This document shows, piece after piece, positions 19,033 to 28,780 of a DNA stretch of 32,000 nt. The translations under genes and the position numbers were made by a program. The stretch's first letter is position 1; each line of letters starts with the position of its first letter. The DNA is from Idiomarina loihiensis L2TR (GTDB lineage: Bacteria > Pseudomonadota > Gammaproteobacteria > Enterobacterales > Alteromonadaceae), in the NCBI RefSeq assembly GCF_000008465.1, contig NC_006512.1:420001-452000 (forward strand). Reading direction: 5' to 3'. A model generated the notes under the pieces. It saw only the letters and a program-made list of their open reading frames with translations, had not been told where the DNA came from and did no database searches.

Positions 19033-21171
19033 TTAAAACTGCCAGTCTTTTAGAAACTTCAATAATTCATTAAGCGGCAATGGCTCACTAATAAAATAGC
19101 CCTGTGCAAAATCGCATCTCTGTCGCTGCAGTAATTCCCACTGTTGCCGGGTTTCAACGCCCTCGGCAATAACGTTAATATCCAAAGCTCTGGCTACCTG
19201 TAACAACGCATCCAGCAGTGCTACCTGCACCTTATTTTGAGGTGCCTGACTTAAAAAACTACGATCTATTTTTATATAATCGACAGGATACCGTTGCAGG
19301 TAATTAATACTGGAATAGCCGGTACCGAAATCGTCGATTGCTAACTGCACTCCCTGAGACCGCAAATAATGTAAAATTTGTAATTGCCGCTGTTTATTGC
19401 TCATTAACAGTGACTCGGTAATTTCAAAGGTTATGCTGGTATTAGGTATTCCATGCTGACTGATGCAGGACAGCCATCGTTTGGCCGACTCCATATCATT
19501 AAGTTCACGTTCGGAGCGATTAATTGAGACCTCAATGGGGTAACCAGACTTGTGTACGACAGCCCAGTCAACGCAAGCTTGCTCCAGAACAAACTGCCCT
19601 AGTTCATGAATAAGCCCGGTACGTTCAGCAACCGGAATGAATTCAGCCGGCGAAATCATGTTTCCGTCTTCATCCTGCCAGCGCAAGAGCGCTTCGCATT
19701 TACTGATTTTACCGGTGCTGAAGTCGATGATGGGTTGATAAACCAAATAAAACTCATGCCGCTTAAGGCCTTCACGCATACGTTTATGAATGGCGTTTTG
19801 GCGTTCAGTTTGCTCTCTTAATTCGTCGTTAAAAAAGTAATGAGTGCGTCGCCCCGCCGTTTTTGCTGCGTACATGGCAAGATCGGCATTTTTTAATAGT
19901 TCAGAGGCTTTGATGCCGTCATCAGGGTAAAGCGCAATACCTATGCTGCAGGTGGTTTGAATTTGGTTCTGGCGTAAGTTGAAAGGTTCACTTAACTGCC
20001 GGTTAATTTGGCTGGCAAGGTCATTAATTATTTGATGCGACGTAAAACGGTTAATAACGACAACAAATTCATCACCACCAATACGGGCAATGAAGTCGGA
20101 ACCCCTTAGTTGGTTTCGTAAACGGTCAGAAACTGAAACTAACAATTCGTCGCCAGCATCGTGACCAAGGTTATCGTTAACTTCTTTAAAGTGGTCAAGG
20201 TCGATGAATAGAATGGCAAAGTGTTGTTCCCTGCCTTTCTGGGTAAGTTGATCAAGGTAGTCGACAAAAGCCCGACGATTCGGTAAATCAGTAATCGAAT
20301 CAAAATGCGCCTGGTGGTCAATAGTAACAAGCGCCGAGCGCAGTCGGCTTTGCGCCGTCACCAAATTGTACATAAAGGCGGTCATTAAAAAGGACAACAG
20401 CAGTCCGGCCACAATAATGATCCAATAAATGCTGCCGCGATGGGCCCAAACTGCATTTTTTGGAGCCAGAGCCAGTATCCACTTCCCGGTTGAAACCGCC
20501 ACTTCAATGGCGACGTAATCTTGCTGCCAGAGCGACGCATCGCCGAAGTCAAACAGGTGGTCGCCATTGCCGTTTTCTTTCTTTAACGCGAAAAGGTAGT
20601 CGTCGACGGAGTCCAGGCCGCTGCTGGCAATTAAGTCTCCTATATCAATGACCACGGCAATCATGCCCCACAGCTTATTGTCATTGATAAAAACCGGAGC
20701 TCTGGCAATTAACGCCCAGCCTCCTTGTATTAAGTTGACCGGGCCATCGATAACAATTTGCTTTTTCTGAATGGCCTCCTGAACGCTTTCGAACTGCGCC
20801 GGTGAGGTGCGGTAATCAAAACCCAGTGCGGCTTTATTAGGAGCCAACGGGTATACAAACTCAATTATCAAATTAGGTGCTAACGCTACGTGACGTACCG
20901 GAACATCGCCATCAATAAGCTCCTGCATTAGCAGCCGGTAACGCTCAGGAGAAATGTCGGGTGAGAGCTTAATTTCGGCCTGTAGCGCACGAGCCGTGAC
21001 TAACGAGGAATTGATCTGGCCTTCCAGCGCGGCGCGGAGCTTACCTAAGCGCTCAGTAGCTACTCGTTTGCGTGACTCTACTACCTGCGAGTGCTGATTC
21101 TCAGCAAACCAGATAACGCCCGTCACCAAGATGCAGAAGCTGACAAAAATAACGAATAAGTAGCGTTTCAT
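19033..21171 (-). CDS. Membrane-bound sensor diguanylate cyclase/phosphodiesterase (periplasmic CHASE-like domain, GGDEF, EAL)
   Basis: N-terminal TM helix, then a periplasmic domain of about 200 aa with a CHASE-like pattern (VYPL.PN.AALGFDY...GPVNLIQGGWALIARAPVF...LWGMIAVVID), then a second TM helix. GGDEF domain with an intact motif and an RxxD I-site (RGSDFIARIGGDEF). EAL domain with EALLRW, DDFGTGYSS, EGVET and QGYF. Confidence 0.85.
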   Translation of the reverse strand: MKRYLFVIFVSFCILVTGVIWFAENQHSQVVESRKRVATERLGKLRAALEGQINSSLVTARALQAEIKLSPDISPERYRLLMQELIDGDVPVRHVALAPNLIIEFVYPLAPNKAALGFDYRTSPAQFESVQEAIQKKQIVIDGPVNLIQGGWALIARAPVFINDNKLWGMIAVVIDIGDLIASSGLDSVDDYLFALKKENGNGDHLFDFGDASLWQQDYVAIEVAVSTGKWILALAPKNAVWAHRGSIYWIIIVAGLLLSFLMTAFMYNLVTAQSRLRSALVTIDHQAHFDSITDLPNRRAFVDYLDQLTQKGREQHFAILFIDLDHFKEVNDNLGHDAGDELLVSVSDRLRNQLRGSDFIARIGGDEFVVVINRFTSHQIINDLASQINRQLSEPFNLRQNQIQTTCSIGIALYPDDGIKASELLKNADLAMYAAKTAGRRTHYFFNDELREQTERQNAIHKRMREGLKRHEFYLVYQPIIDFSTGKISKCEALLRWQDEDGNMISPAEFIPVAERTGLIHELGQFVLEQACVDWAVVHKSGYPIEVSINRSERELNDMESAKRWLSCISQHGIPNTSITFEITESLLMSNKQRQLQILHYLRSQGVQLAIDDFGTGYSSINYLQRYPVDYIKIDRSFLSQAPQNKVQVALLDALLQVARALDINVIAEGVETRQQWELLQRQRCDFAQGYFISEPLPLNELLKFLKDWQF

Positions 21172-21311
21172 TAATTACCGTTGCTCACCAAAACTGAAAT
21201 GAGTATCGCACAAAAATTATACGAGCTCTAACGGAAAAATAATTTTACGCGTTGCATCAACCGCTTAATGTAAATTTACCGTCAAGGCCTGACAAATAGA
21301 GAGGTTTTTTC

Positions 21312-21341
21312 TTGACAGTGGGAAAGAGAGACACCTAGACT
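21312..21341 (+). promoter_or_regulatory. dcw cluster promoter (Pmra-like)
   Basis: Perfect -35 TTGACA (21312-21317), 18-nt spacer, -10 TAGACT (21336-21341). A T-rich tract lies just upstream of the -35. About 55 nt upstream of the mraZ ATG. Confidence 0.6.
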
Positions 21342-21349
21342 GTAACATT

Positions 21350-21395
21350 GTGGGGATTTGTGGATAATAGTGGATCGCAATGATCAGGTGGGATC
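21350..21395 (+). promoter_or_regulatory. MraZ-operator-like direct repeats in the mraZ leader
   Basis: GTGGGG (21350), GTGGAT (21360) and GTGGAT (21370) lie at exact 10-bp spacing. Further GTGGGA copies are at 21388 and at 21318 in the promoter spacer. E. coli MraZ is known to bind TGGGN direct repeats with 10-bp periodicity at its own promoter. Confidence 0.5.
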
Positions 21396-21854
21396 ATGTT
21401 CCGAGGTGCAACAACATTAAGTCTGGATAGCAAAGGGCGGTTAGCCATACCGGCTAAATATCGCCATGCGTTGTCATTAGACTGTGAAGGCAAAATGGTC
21501 TGCACGATTGATATTAAGCAACCGTGCCTGTTGCTGTACCCGCTTCCCGAGTGGCAAATCATTGAACAAAAGCTGACTCGGTTATCCAGTATGAACCCTG
21601 CAGAACGTCGCTTACAGCGACTTCTTTTAGGCCACGCCGACGACTGTGAAATGGATAAAAATGGTCGTTTGCTCCTGTCAGCTCCGTTGAGACAACACGC
21701 CGGTTTAGAGAAAAAACTGATGCTTGTCGGGCAGCTGAATAAATTTGAAGTTTGGAATGAAGACGCCTGGCACGAACAAGTGGCGCAGGACATGGATGTT
21801 GAACGCGAAGGTGACTTTACTCTCAACGAACGACTAGAAGACTTTTCATTATAA
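21396..21854 (+). CDS. mraZ: Transcriptional regulator MraZ
   Basis: MFRGAT...[29 protein letters not shown] and NKFE.WNE, colinear with E. coli MraZ (152 aa). Confidence 0.95.
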   Translation: MFRGATTLSLDSKGRLAIPAKYRHALSLDCEGKMVCTIDIKQPCLLLYPLPEWQIIEQKLTRLSSMNPAERRLQRLLLGHADDCEMDKNGRLLLSAPLRQHAGLEKKLMLVGQLNKFEVWNEDAWHEQVAQDMDVEREGDFTLNERLEDFSL

Positions 21855-22801
21855 TGATTACAACGTCACCGCAACACGTTTCGGTGCTACTGGAAGAGTC
21901 GATAGAAGCATTAGCGACTGATCCGCAAGGCACATACATCGACGCCACATTTGGTCGCGGCGGACACACGCGTGCGCTGCTTAACCAGTTAGGTGACGAT
22001 GCCCGCGTTATTGCACTGGATCAGGACCCCGAAGCTATTGCTGCGGCGGCTGCATTTGCTGATGACCCTCGTTTTCAAATTATCCACACCCCTTTCTCAA
22101 ACCTGCAACAGGTGCTTGACGATCTGCAGTTGAACCGGCAAGTGACCGGAATTCTATTTGACCTTGGCGTATCTTCCCCACAATTAGATGACGCCGAGCG
22201 CGGCTTTAGCTTTATGCGAGACGGCCCTTTAGATATGCGGATGAACACCACCAGTGGCGAAACCGCCGCCGAATGGCTTAATCGTGCAGAAAAAGATGAC
22301 ATCAGCTGGGTTCTTAAAGAGTATGGCGAGGAACGCTTTGCTCGACGTATCGCCAGCGCCATAGTCATGGATCGCGAGAAAAAGCCCTTTACCCGCACGA
22401 AGCAGCTTGCGGAAATGATTGCCCGCGTCAGTCCGGTAAAAGAAAAGCATAAGCACCCGGCAACGCGGACCTTCCAGGCCATTCGCATTCACATTAACCG
22501 CGAACTGGAGCAAATAGAGCAGGCGCTGGAAGCTTCTCTGTCGGGTCTGAAAGAAGACGGCCGACTGGTGGTTATTAGTTTCCATAGTCTGGAAGATCGT
22601 TTAGTAAAGCGCTTTATTCGTAAGCACAGCGAAGGAAAGCAGTTACCTCCGGGCTTGCCGGTAACTGAAGCTGAGCGCAATAAAGATAAAGCGCTGGAGA
22701 AAGTCGGCAAAGCTATTAAGCCGGGTAAAGCTGAAGTGCAGCTCAATCCTCGTTCACGCAGCTCTGTGCTGCGCATAGCAAGGAGGGTTCGCAATGACTA
22801 A
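21854..22801 (+). CDS. rsmH: 16S rRNA (cytosine1402-N4)-methyltransferase RsmH (MraW)
   Basis: H.SVLL.E....L......[20 protein letters not shown]...[16 protein letters not shown]. The start codon overlaps the mraZ stop (TAATG). Confidence 0.95.
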   Translation: MITTSPQHVSVLLEESIEALATDPQGTYIDATFGRGGHTRALLNQLGDDARVIALDQDPEAIAAAAAFADDPRFQIIHTPFSNLQQVLDDLQLNRQVTGILFDLGVSSPQLDDAERGFSFMRDGPLDMRMNTTSGETAAEWLNRAEKDDISWVLKEYGEERFARRIASAIVMDREKKPFTRTKQLAEMIARVSPVKEKHKHPATRTFQAIRIHINRELEQIEQALEASLSGLKEDGRLVVISFHSLEDRLVKRFIRKHSEGKQLPPGLPVTEAERNKDKALEKVGKAIKPGKAEVQLNPRSRSSVLRIARRVRND

Positions 22802-23111
22802 GCAGCGTTATCCCAGTCTAATGAAAATGTTGCTACAGGATTTATTGCAGCACAAATGGATTTTGCTTCTCAGTGTGGTGGTTATCGGTAATGCGCTAAG
22901 TATTGTCTATACCGCTCATTTGAATCGGCAGTTAACTGGCGAACGTGATGATTTATTGTCGCACCGGGACACTCTGGATCGGGAGTGGCGGCACCTTGTG
23001 GTTGAGCAAAACGCCCTGACTGAACACAGCCGGGTTGAACGTATTGCGCAGGAACAACTTGGCATGCGGGACGTTGAGCCAGAGCAGGAGGTGTTGGTTT
23101 CATGGCAGTAA
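22794..23111 (+). CDS. ftsL: Cell division protein FtsL
   Basis: 105-aa bitopic protein with a TM helix ([20 protein letters not shown]) and a coiled coil ([25 protein letters not shown]) matching FtsL. Overlaps rsmH by 8 nt. Confidence 0.85.
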   Translation: MTKQRYPSLMKMLLQDLLQHKWILLLSVVVIGNALSIVYTAHLNRQLTGERDDLLSHRDTLDREWRHLVVEQNALTEHSRVERIAQEQLGMRDVEPEQEVLVSWQ

Positions 23112-24835
23112 CTCGTCGCAAGAAACACACAGAACCAGCCGGTACGCGTTGGCGCTTTTACACCGCAGTATTCTTACTGTTCGGTGTGTTTTCTGCGTTA
23201 ATTGCACGCGCAGCCTATATTCAGGTAATAAGCCCCGATGCCTTCTCGCTGCAAGGTGATATGCGCAGTTTACGAGCCTCCAGTGTAGCGGTTCAGCGGG
23301 GGACTATTGTTGATCGTAACGGGCGTGAACTGGCGGTTAGCGTCCCCGTAGAAACTGTGTGGGCCGATCCCAAACGAATTGCTGACAAAGATGCGTTAGC
23401 GGATGAAATGCGCTGGCAGGCTTTGGCGGAAACCTTCCGTATGAATCGCAAAGAGCTGGTCAGTAAAGTGGATGATCCATCAAAACGTTTTGTTTATCTG
23501 CAACGGAAAGTGACGCCATCTGAAGCCGACTATGTGAAGCAACTGAAAATTCCTGGCGTGTACTTAAAAACCGAATCTCGTCGTTATTACCCTACCGGAG
23601 AAATCAGTGCGCACTTAATTGGTTTAACTGATATAGATGGCGTCGGACAGGAAGGTCTGGAGCTGTTGTATGACGAACATTTAACCGGCAAACCGGGTAA
23701 GCGAGTTTACCGCAAGGACGCACAAGGGCGGGTTGTTGAAGAAATTAGCCAGACAGATGCACAACAACCAAAACAGCTGACACTGAGTATCGACCAACGT
23801 ATTCAGGCAACTGCTTATACCGAGCTGAAAAAAGCCGTGCGCTACAATCAGGCAACTTCAGGCTCGGCAGTAGTGCTGGATGTCGAGACAGGTGAAGTGC
23901 TGGCTATGGTCAATAGCCCGTCCTATAACCCTAACAATCGTACGGACTTGCAGTCTTTCAGAATGCGGAACCGGGCGATTACCGACAGCTACGAACCAGG
24001 TTCAACGATGAAACCTCTTGTGGTTCTTAGTGCGTTAGAAAAAGGTCGGCATAAAGCCGGCGATACTATTGATACGAGCCCCGGTTGGTTAAGAATCGGT
24101 GGACGCCGGGTGAGTGACCCTCGTGACTATGGCGAATTGACATTGAGCGAGGTGCTTGAGCATTCATCTAACGTGGGTGTAACTAAAATAGCTTTGGATC
24201 TTGGCGTTGACTCTTTATTGCAAACCTACGCCGACGCAGGCTTAGGCAGTGACACTGGGGTTGCTTTGCTAGGAGAGAGCATTGGTTTGCTGAGTGGCAG
24301 ACGCCGCTGGTCGGATTTTGAAACTGCGACATTGGCTTATGGGTACGGTTTGTCGGCAACGACACTGCAACTGGCTAACGCTTATAACATTATCGCTAAT
24401 GGCGGGAAAAAAAGGCCGCTGACGATTTTCAGGCAGGAATCGCCTTTACCTGCAGAGCAAGTTTTCAATCCGGATAACACCCGAGCCGTTATGCATATGC
24501 TGGAAGAGGTGGTTCGCGATGGAACAGCCAAGGCAGCACAAGTGCCCGGATATCGTATTGCAGGAAAAACAGGGACTACGCGTAAAACCAAAGCAACAGG
24601 TGGGTACGGTGATGAATACGTCGCGTTGTTTGCGGGGATAGCTCCGGTTAGCGATCCGAAAGTGGTTGTGGTGGTGACAATAAACGAACCCGGCACTGAT
24701 GACTATTATGGCGGTACAGCCGCTGCTCCGGTGTTCTCAAAAATTGTATCGCAAACTATGCGGCTACTGAATATACCGCCGGACAACCTGGATGATACAC
24801 AGGTGCACGCCGCTGGCTTTGGGGGGGATAAATGA
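23102..24835 (+). CDS. ftsI: Peptidoglycan D,D-transpeptidase FtsI (PBP3)
   Basis: N-terminal TM helix and PBP dimerisation domain. Transpeptidase motifs STMKP (SxxK), SSN (SxN) and KTGT (KTG). Confidence 0.95.
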   Translation: MAVTRRKKHTEPAGTRWRFYTAVFLLFGVFSALIARAAYIQVISPDAFSLQGDMRSLRASSVAVQRGTIVDRNGRELAVSVPVETVWADPKRIADKDALADEMRWQALAETFRMNRKELVSKVDDPSKRFVYLQRKVTPSEADYVKQLKIPGVYLKTESRRYYPTGEISAHLIGLTDIDGVGQEGLELLYDEHLTGKPGKRVYRKDAQGRVVEEISQTDAQQPKQLTLSIDQRIQATAYTELKKAVRYNQATSGSAVVLDVETGEVLAMVNSPSYNPNNRTDLQSFRMRNRAITDSYEPGSTMKPLVVLSALEKGRHKAGDTIDTSPGWLRIGGRRVSDPRDYGELTLSEVLEHSSNVGVTKIALDLGVDSLLQTYADAGLGSDTGVALLGESIGLLSGRRRWSDFETATLAYGYGLSATTLQLANAYNIIANGGKKRPLTIFRQESPLPAEQVFNPDNTRAVMHMLEEVVRDGTAKAAQVPGYRIAGKTGTTRKTKATGGYGDEYVALFAGIAPVSDPKVVVVVTINEPGTDDYYGGTAAAPVFSKIVSQTMRLLNIPPDNLDDTQVHAAGFGGDK

Positions 24836-26298
24836 TGAAGCTTGCAGAGTTGTTAACTATGCTGCCGACGTCGTTTTCCGTTCCGGATGTTACCGTTAGT
24901 GGTATAAAACTCGATAGTCGGCAAGTAGCCAATGGCGATGTTTTTGTCGCTATTCCGGGCTATGAAACCGATGGCCGCGCTTATATTGATGCAGCTATTG
25001 ATGCTGGTGCAGCAGCAATTATTGCTGAAGCTCCGGGAATGGCTGTTGAACAGCGCCGGGGCGTGGTCGTTATCGGTTTTAGTGGCGTTCGTGAGCATCT
25101 CTCCCGCATCGCCGGTAATTTTTTCGGCCATCCATCAGAGAAAATGAACCTGGTTGGTGTGACCGGAACCAATGGTAAAACGTCGGTTACTCACATTATG
25201 GCCCAGTTGGCAAAAGCCCTGGGTATGGAAGCGGCTGTTATTGGTACAACCGGAAGTGGACTTATTGGTCGCTTATTACCTGAGCGTCATACCACACCAG
25301 ATGCCGTTACCGTCCAACAACGTCTGGCTACGCTATTAGCTGAAGGCGCAGAACTGGTTGCTATGGAGGTGTCTTCACACGCACTGATACAGCGCCGTGT
25401 CGAGGCTTTACACTTTGCGGCGGCCGCCATAACCAATATTAGTCGGGATCATCTCGACTATCACGGCACCATGGAAAATTACGTGGCCGCAAAACAACGT
25501 TTATTTGCTGACTTTGGCGTGCAAAACCGAGTGGTTAACGCCGACGACGACACGTTAAGCCATTGGCAGCAGGATGATTTAGCCGATTTGTGGGTAAGTC
25601 TTAATGCCAGCCCCAACGAACCATGCCTGCAGGCGACTGGTGTTCAGTTCCATGAGCAGGGCTCGGTGTTCAGTTTAAATTGGCAGGGTGAATCCTGCGT
25701 CGTTGAAACTCCATTGTTGGGCCGTTTCAACGTTTATAACTTACTCTGCGCGGTTGCCGTACTGCTGAAACTGAATAAGCCACTTGCGGATATCGGCAAA
25801 GCCTGTGGCAGGTTGCAGCCCGTTCCCGGGCGGATGGAAGCCTTCCATAATAATCAGTCGCCGCTGGTGGTGGTTGACTACGCGCATACACCGGACGCTC
25901 TGCATCAGGTATTGAGTGCGCTGCGCCTGCATTGCAAGGGCCGTTTGTGGTGTGTGTTTGGCTGCGGCGGTGACCGTGACCGTGGCAAGCGTCCGCAAAT
26001 GGGTAAAGTCGCGGCAGATTACGCTGATGTTGTTGTGGTTACCGATGACAACCCGCGGACAGAACCCGCGGAACAAATTATTGAAGATATTTTGACCGGC
26101 ATTGCGGATAAAACTCAGGTTAAGGTTTGGCCGGGTCGCCGCGAGGCGGTGATACGTGCAATGCAGGAAGCCGGAAAAGATGACGTTGTATTACTCGCCG
26201 GTAAAGGACACGAAGACTATCAGGTTATTGGTACTCAACGCATTGACTATAACGAACGAGCGGTAGTCAGTGAATGGCTGCAAGGAGACTGCGCATGA
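24832..26298 (+). CDS. murE: UDP-N-acetylmuramoyl-L-alanyl-D-glutamate--2,6-diaminopimelate ligase MurE
   Basis: Mur ligase P-loop GVTGTNGKTS, the DNPR motif (DDNPRTE) characteristic of mDAP-adding MurE, and position after ftsI. ATG at 24832 or 24835. Confidence 0.95.
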   Translation: MMKLAELLTMLPTSFSVPDVTVSGIKLDSRQVANGDVFVAIPGYETDGRAYIDAAIDAGAAAIIAEAPGMAVEQRRGVVVIGFSGVREHLSRIAGNFFGHPSEKMNLVGVTGTNGKTSVTHIMAQLAKALGMEAAVIGTTGSGLIGRLLPERHTTPDAVTVQQRLATLLAEGAELVAMEVSSHALIQRRVEALHFAAAAITNISRDHLDYHGTMENYVAAKQRLFADFGVQNRVVNADDDTLSHWQQDDLADLWVSLNASPNEPCLQATGVQFHEQGSVFSLNWQGESCVVETPLLGRFNVYNLLCAVAVLLKLNKPLADIGKACGRLQPVPGRMEAFHNNQSPLVVVDYAHTPDALHQVLSALRLHCKGRLWCVFGCGGDRDRGKRPQMGKVAADYADVVVVTDDNPRTEPAEQIIEDILTGIADKTQVKVWPGRREAVIRAMQEAGKDDVVLLAGKGHEDYQVIGTQRIDYNERAVVSEWLQGDCA

Positions 26299-27698
26299 TC
26301 TCAGTATCACTGAAATGGATTGCGGAGCAGGTGGAAGGCCGCCTGATTGGCTCTGATTGTACAATTGATGCGGTGTCCACGGACACTAGAGCGGATTTAA
26401 CCGACGCGTTATTTATAGCCTTAAAAGGCAAGAATTTTGATGCCCACGACTTTGTCGAACAGGCTATAGCTAAAGGCGCCGCGGCAATTATTTGCGAAAA
26501 GAAAGTGGATAGCGAGTGCCGCCAGATTATTGTCGAGAACAGCCGTCATGCGCTGGGGCGCTTAGGTGCGGCTATTAAGGCGAAGGTAGCGCCGAAAACC
26601 GTGGCTGTCACCGGCAGCAACGGTAAAACCACAGTAAAAGAAATGCTGGCTGCCATCTTATCTATTCGTCATCCGGTATTGGCCACGCAGGGTAACTTTA
26701 ATAACGATATTGGTGTGCCGCTTACATTATTGCGCCTGCAGGAAGAACACAAATACGCAGTGGTTGAATTGGGCGCGAACCATCCGGGGGAAATTTCCTA
26801 CACTACTGACTTGGTCAAGCCCGATGTTGCCATATTGAACAATGTGAGCGCTGCACACGTTGAAGGTTTCGGAAGTTTACACGGGGTTGCCCGTGCTAAA
26901 ACTGAGATTTTCCGTGGAGTGGGAGGCCAGGGAACGGCCATTACCCCCCGCGACTCCGAATTTTATCCCTGCTGGCAACGCGCCTGCAGCGATATGCAGT
27001 GGAAGACTTTCGGCTTGAGCGATAGCGCCGACGTTTACGCCAGCGACGTAACACTGAACAGCGAAGGGCACCCGTCGTTTACTCTGCATTTAGGCGGAGA
27101 AACAAAACAGCTGGAGCTTAAACTAAGTGGTCGGCACAACGTGCTTAATGCTCTTTCTGCAGCAGCTGCGGCAAGTGAATTGGGTATATCACTGAATGAT
27201 ATCGCTAACGGTTTGCAGCAGGTTCAACCTGCCCAGGGGCGATTAACGACCATTAAAGTAAGTGATCACTTACGCATTATTGATGACACCTACAACGCCA
27301 GCGTTGCCTCAACGAAAGCTGCCCTGGATTTGCTAGGAAGTTACCAGGGCTATCGCATTTTTGTATTAGGCGATATGGGGGAATTGGGCGCCGATGCTCG
27401 AGCCTACCACGAAGACATTGGTGAGCATGCTATAGGCTCGGGTATTGATAACTTATACAGCCTGGGCGTGCTAAGCCAAAGTGCCAGTGAGGTCTTTAAC
27501 GGCCACGGAGGCAAACACTTCGGTAGCTTACAGTCGCTGGTTGAGTCTGTTTTACAAAGACTTACAGAACAGACCGGCAAGCAACCTGTCACAGTGCTGG
27601 TTAAAGGCTCACGCTCCGCACATATGGAGCGCGTTGTTGCAGCGATACAGCAGGCTGTCACGGTCAGTGACAGCGTAGAGGATAAGCACGCATGTTAG
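26295..27698 (+). CDS. murF: UDP-N-acetylmuramoyl-tripeptide--D-alanyl-D-alanine ligase MurF
   Basis: P-loop [21 protein letters not shown] and DDTYNA motifs. ATG at 26295 (ATGA overlap with the murE stop, AGGAG 8 nt upstream) is preferred over the ORF-track start at 26274. Confidence 0.9.
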   Translation: MISVSLKWIAEQVEGRLIGSDCTIDAVSTDTRADLTDALFIALKGKNFDAHDFVEQAIAKGAAAIICEKKVDSECRQIIVENSRHALGRLGAAIKAKVAPKTVAVTGSNGKTTVKEMLAAILSIRHPVLATQGNFNNDIGVPLTLLRLQEEHKYAVVELGANHPGEISYTTDLVKPDVAILNNVSAAHVEGFGSLHGVARAKTEIFRGVGGQGTAITPRDSEFYPCWQRACSDMQWKTFGLSDSADVYASDVTLNSEGHPSFTLHLGGETKQLELKLSGRHNVLNALSAAAAASELGISLNDIANGLQQVQPAQGRLTTIKVSDHLRIIDDTYNASVASTKAALDLLGSYQGYRIFVLGDMGELGADARAYHEDIGEHAIGSGIDNLYSLGVLSQSASEVFNGHGGKHFGSLQSLVESVLQRLTEQTGKQPVTVLVKGSRSAHMERVVAAIQQAVTVSDSVEDKHAC

Positions 27699-28774
27699 TT
27701 TGGTTGGCGGAGTACCTAACCCAGTTTGAAAGCGCGTTTAACGTGTTTTCCTACTTAACCTTGCGGGCAATACTCAGTGTTTTGACCGCACTGGTTTTGT
27801 CGTTGTGGTTAGGACCAACATTAATTCGCCGTTTGCAGCGTTTACAGATAGGGCAAACGGTACGGGATGACGGCCCGGAAAGTCATTTAGTAAAAAGTGG
27901 TACGCCGACTATGGGCGGTGTATTGATACTGGCAGCCGTTCTGGGTTCTTCACTATTGTGGGCCGATCTCGATAACCGCTACGTTTGGGTTGTTTTATTG
28001 GTTACTACTGGCTTTGGTATCGTAGGATTTGTCGATGATTACCGCAAAGTTGTGCGCAAAGATCCGAAAGGTTTAATTGCTAAGTGGAAGTATTTCTGGC
28101 AGTCGGTCATTGCCAGCGTAGCAGCCGTTTACCTCTACTGGAGCAGTACTCAGGGCGCTGAAACGGCTCTTCTTGTTCCATTCTTTAAAGACGTTATGCC
28201 GCAGTTGGGCATGCTTTATATGCTCATGGCCTATTTCGTCATTGTTGGTACCAGTAATGCAGTTAACTTAACTGACGGCCTGGACGGCCTGGCCATTATG
28301 CCAACCATTATGGTCGCTGCGGCTTTGGGAATTTTCGCCTACGTATCCGGCAACGTGAATTTTGCAGAATATCTGCAAATTCCGTATTTGCCGCTGACCG
28401 CTGAGTTGTTGGTGGTGTGCACTGCTATTGTTGGCGCAGGTCTTGGCTTTCTCTGGTTCAATACTTATCCGGCCCTTGTATTTATGGGCGACGTGGGTTC
28501 TCTGGCCTTAGGTGCTGCACTTGGCATTATCGCGATATTGGTTCGGCAGGAGCTGGTGCTGTTCATTATGGGTGGTGTGTTTGTTATGGAAACCTTATCG
28601 GTGATGCTGCAGGTGGGTTCCTACAAATTGAGAGGCAAACGAGTTTTTCGAATGGCTCCAATTCATCATCATTACGAATTAAAAGGATGGCCAGAACCGC
28701 GGGTAATAGTGCGTTTCTGGATATTGTCACTCATTTTTGTGCTGATAGGACTCGCAACCTTGAAGTTGCGTTAA
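27692..28774 (+). CDS. mraY: Phospho-N-acetylmuramoyl-pentapeptide transferase MraY
   Basis: MLVWLAE..., [26 protein letters not shown] and [13 protein letters not shown], nearly colinear with E. coli MraY (360 aa). Confidence 0.97.
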   Translation: MLVWLAEYLTQFESAFNVFSYLTLRAILSVLTALVLSLWLGPTLIRRLQRLQIGQTVRDDGPESHLVKSGTPTMGGVLILAAVLGSSLLWADLDNRYVWVVLLVTTGFGIVGFVDDYRKVVRKDPKGLIAKWKYFWQSVIASVAAVYLYWSSTQGAETALLVPFFKDVMPQLGMLYMLMAYFVIVGTSNAVNLTDGLDGLAIMPTIMVAAALGIFAYVSGNVNFAEYLQIPYLPLTAELLVVCTAIVGAGLGFLWFNTYPALVFMGDVGSLALGAALGIIAILVRQELVLFIMGGVFVMETLSVMLQVGSYKLRGKRVFRMAPIHHHYELKGWPEPRVIVRFWILSLIFVLIGLATLKLR

Positions 28775-28780
28775 AAAATA

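Noticed and set aside
21768-21773. TGGCAC (sigma-54 -24-like element) inside mraZ, and another inside rnpB at about 18865
   Set aside because: No TTGC -12 element follows at the required spacing. Both lie within conserved gene sequence.
21335-21826. 163-aa ORF antisense to, and spanning, the whole of mraZ
   Set aside because: Its translation is Ser/Cys/Arg-rich low-complexity sequence with no recognisable family and no ribosome-binding site. The opposite strand encodes a near-canonical MraZ, so this is the usual open antisense frame of a conserved gene.
25863-25870. E. coli Chi octamer GCTGGTGG inside murE
   Set aside because: One occurrence in 32 kb is about chance level. The Chi sequence of this organism is unknown, and the octamer is explained by the coding sequence (PLVVV).
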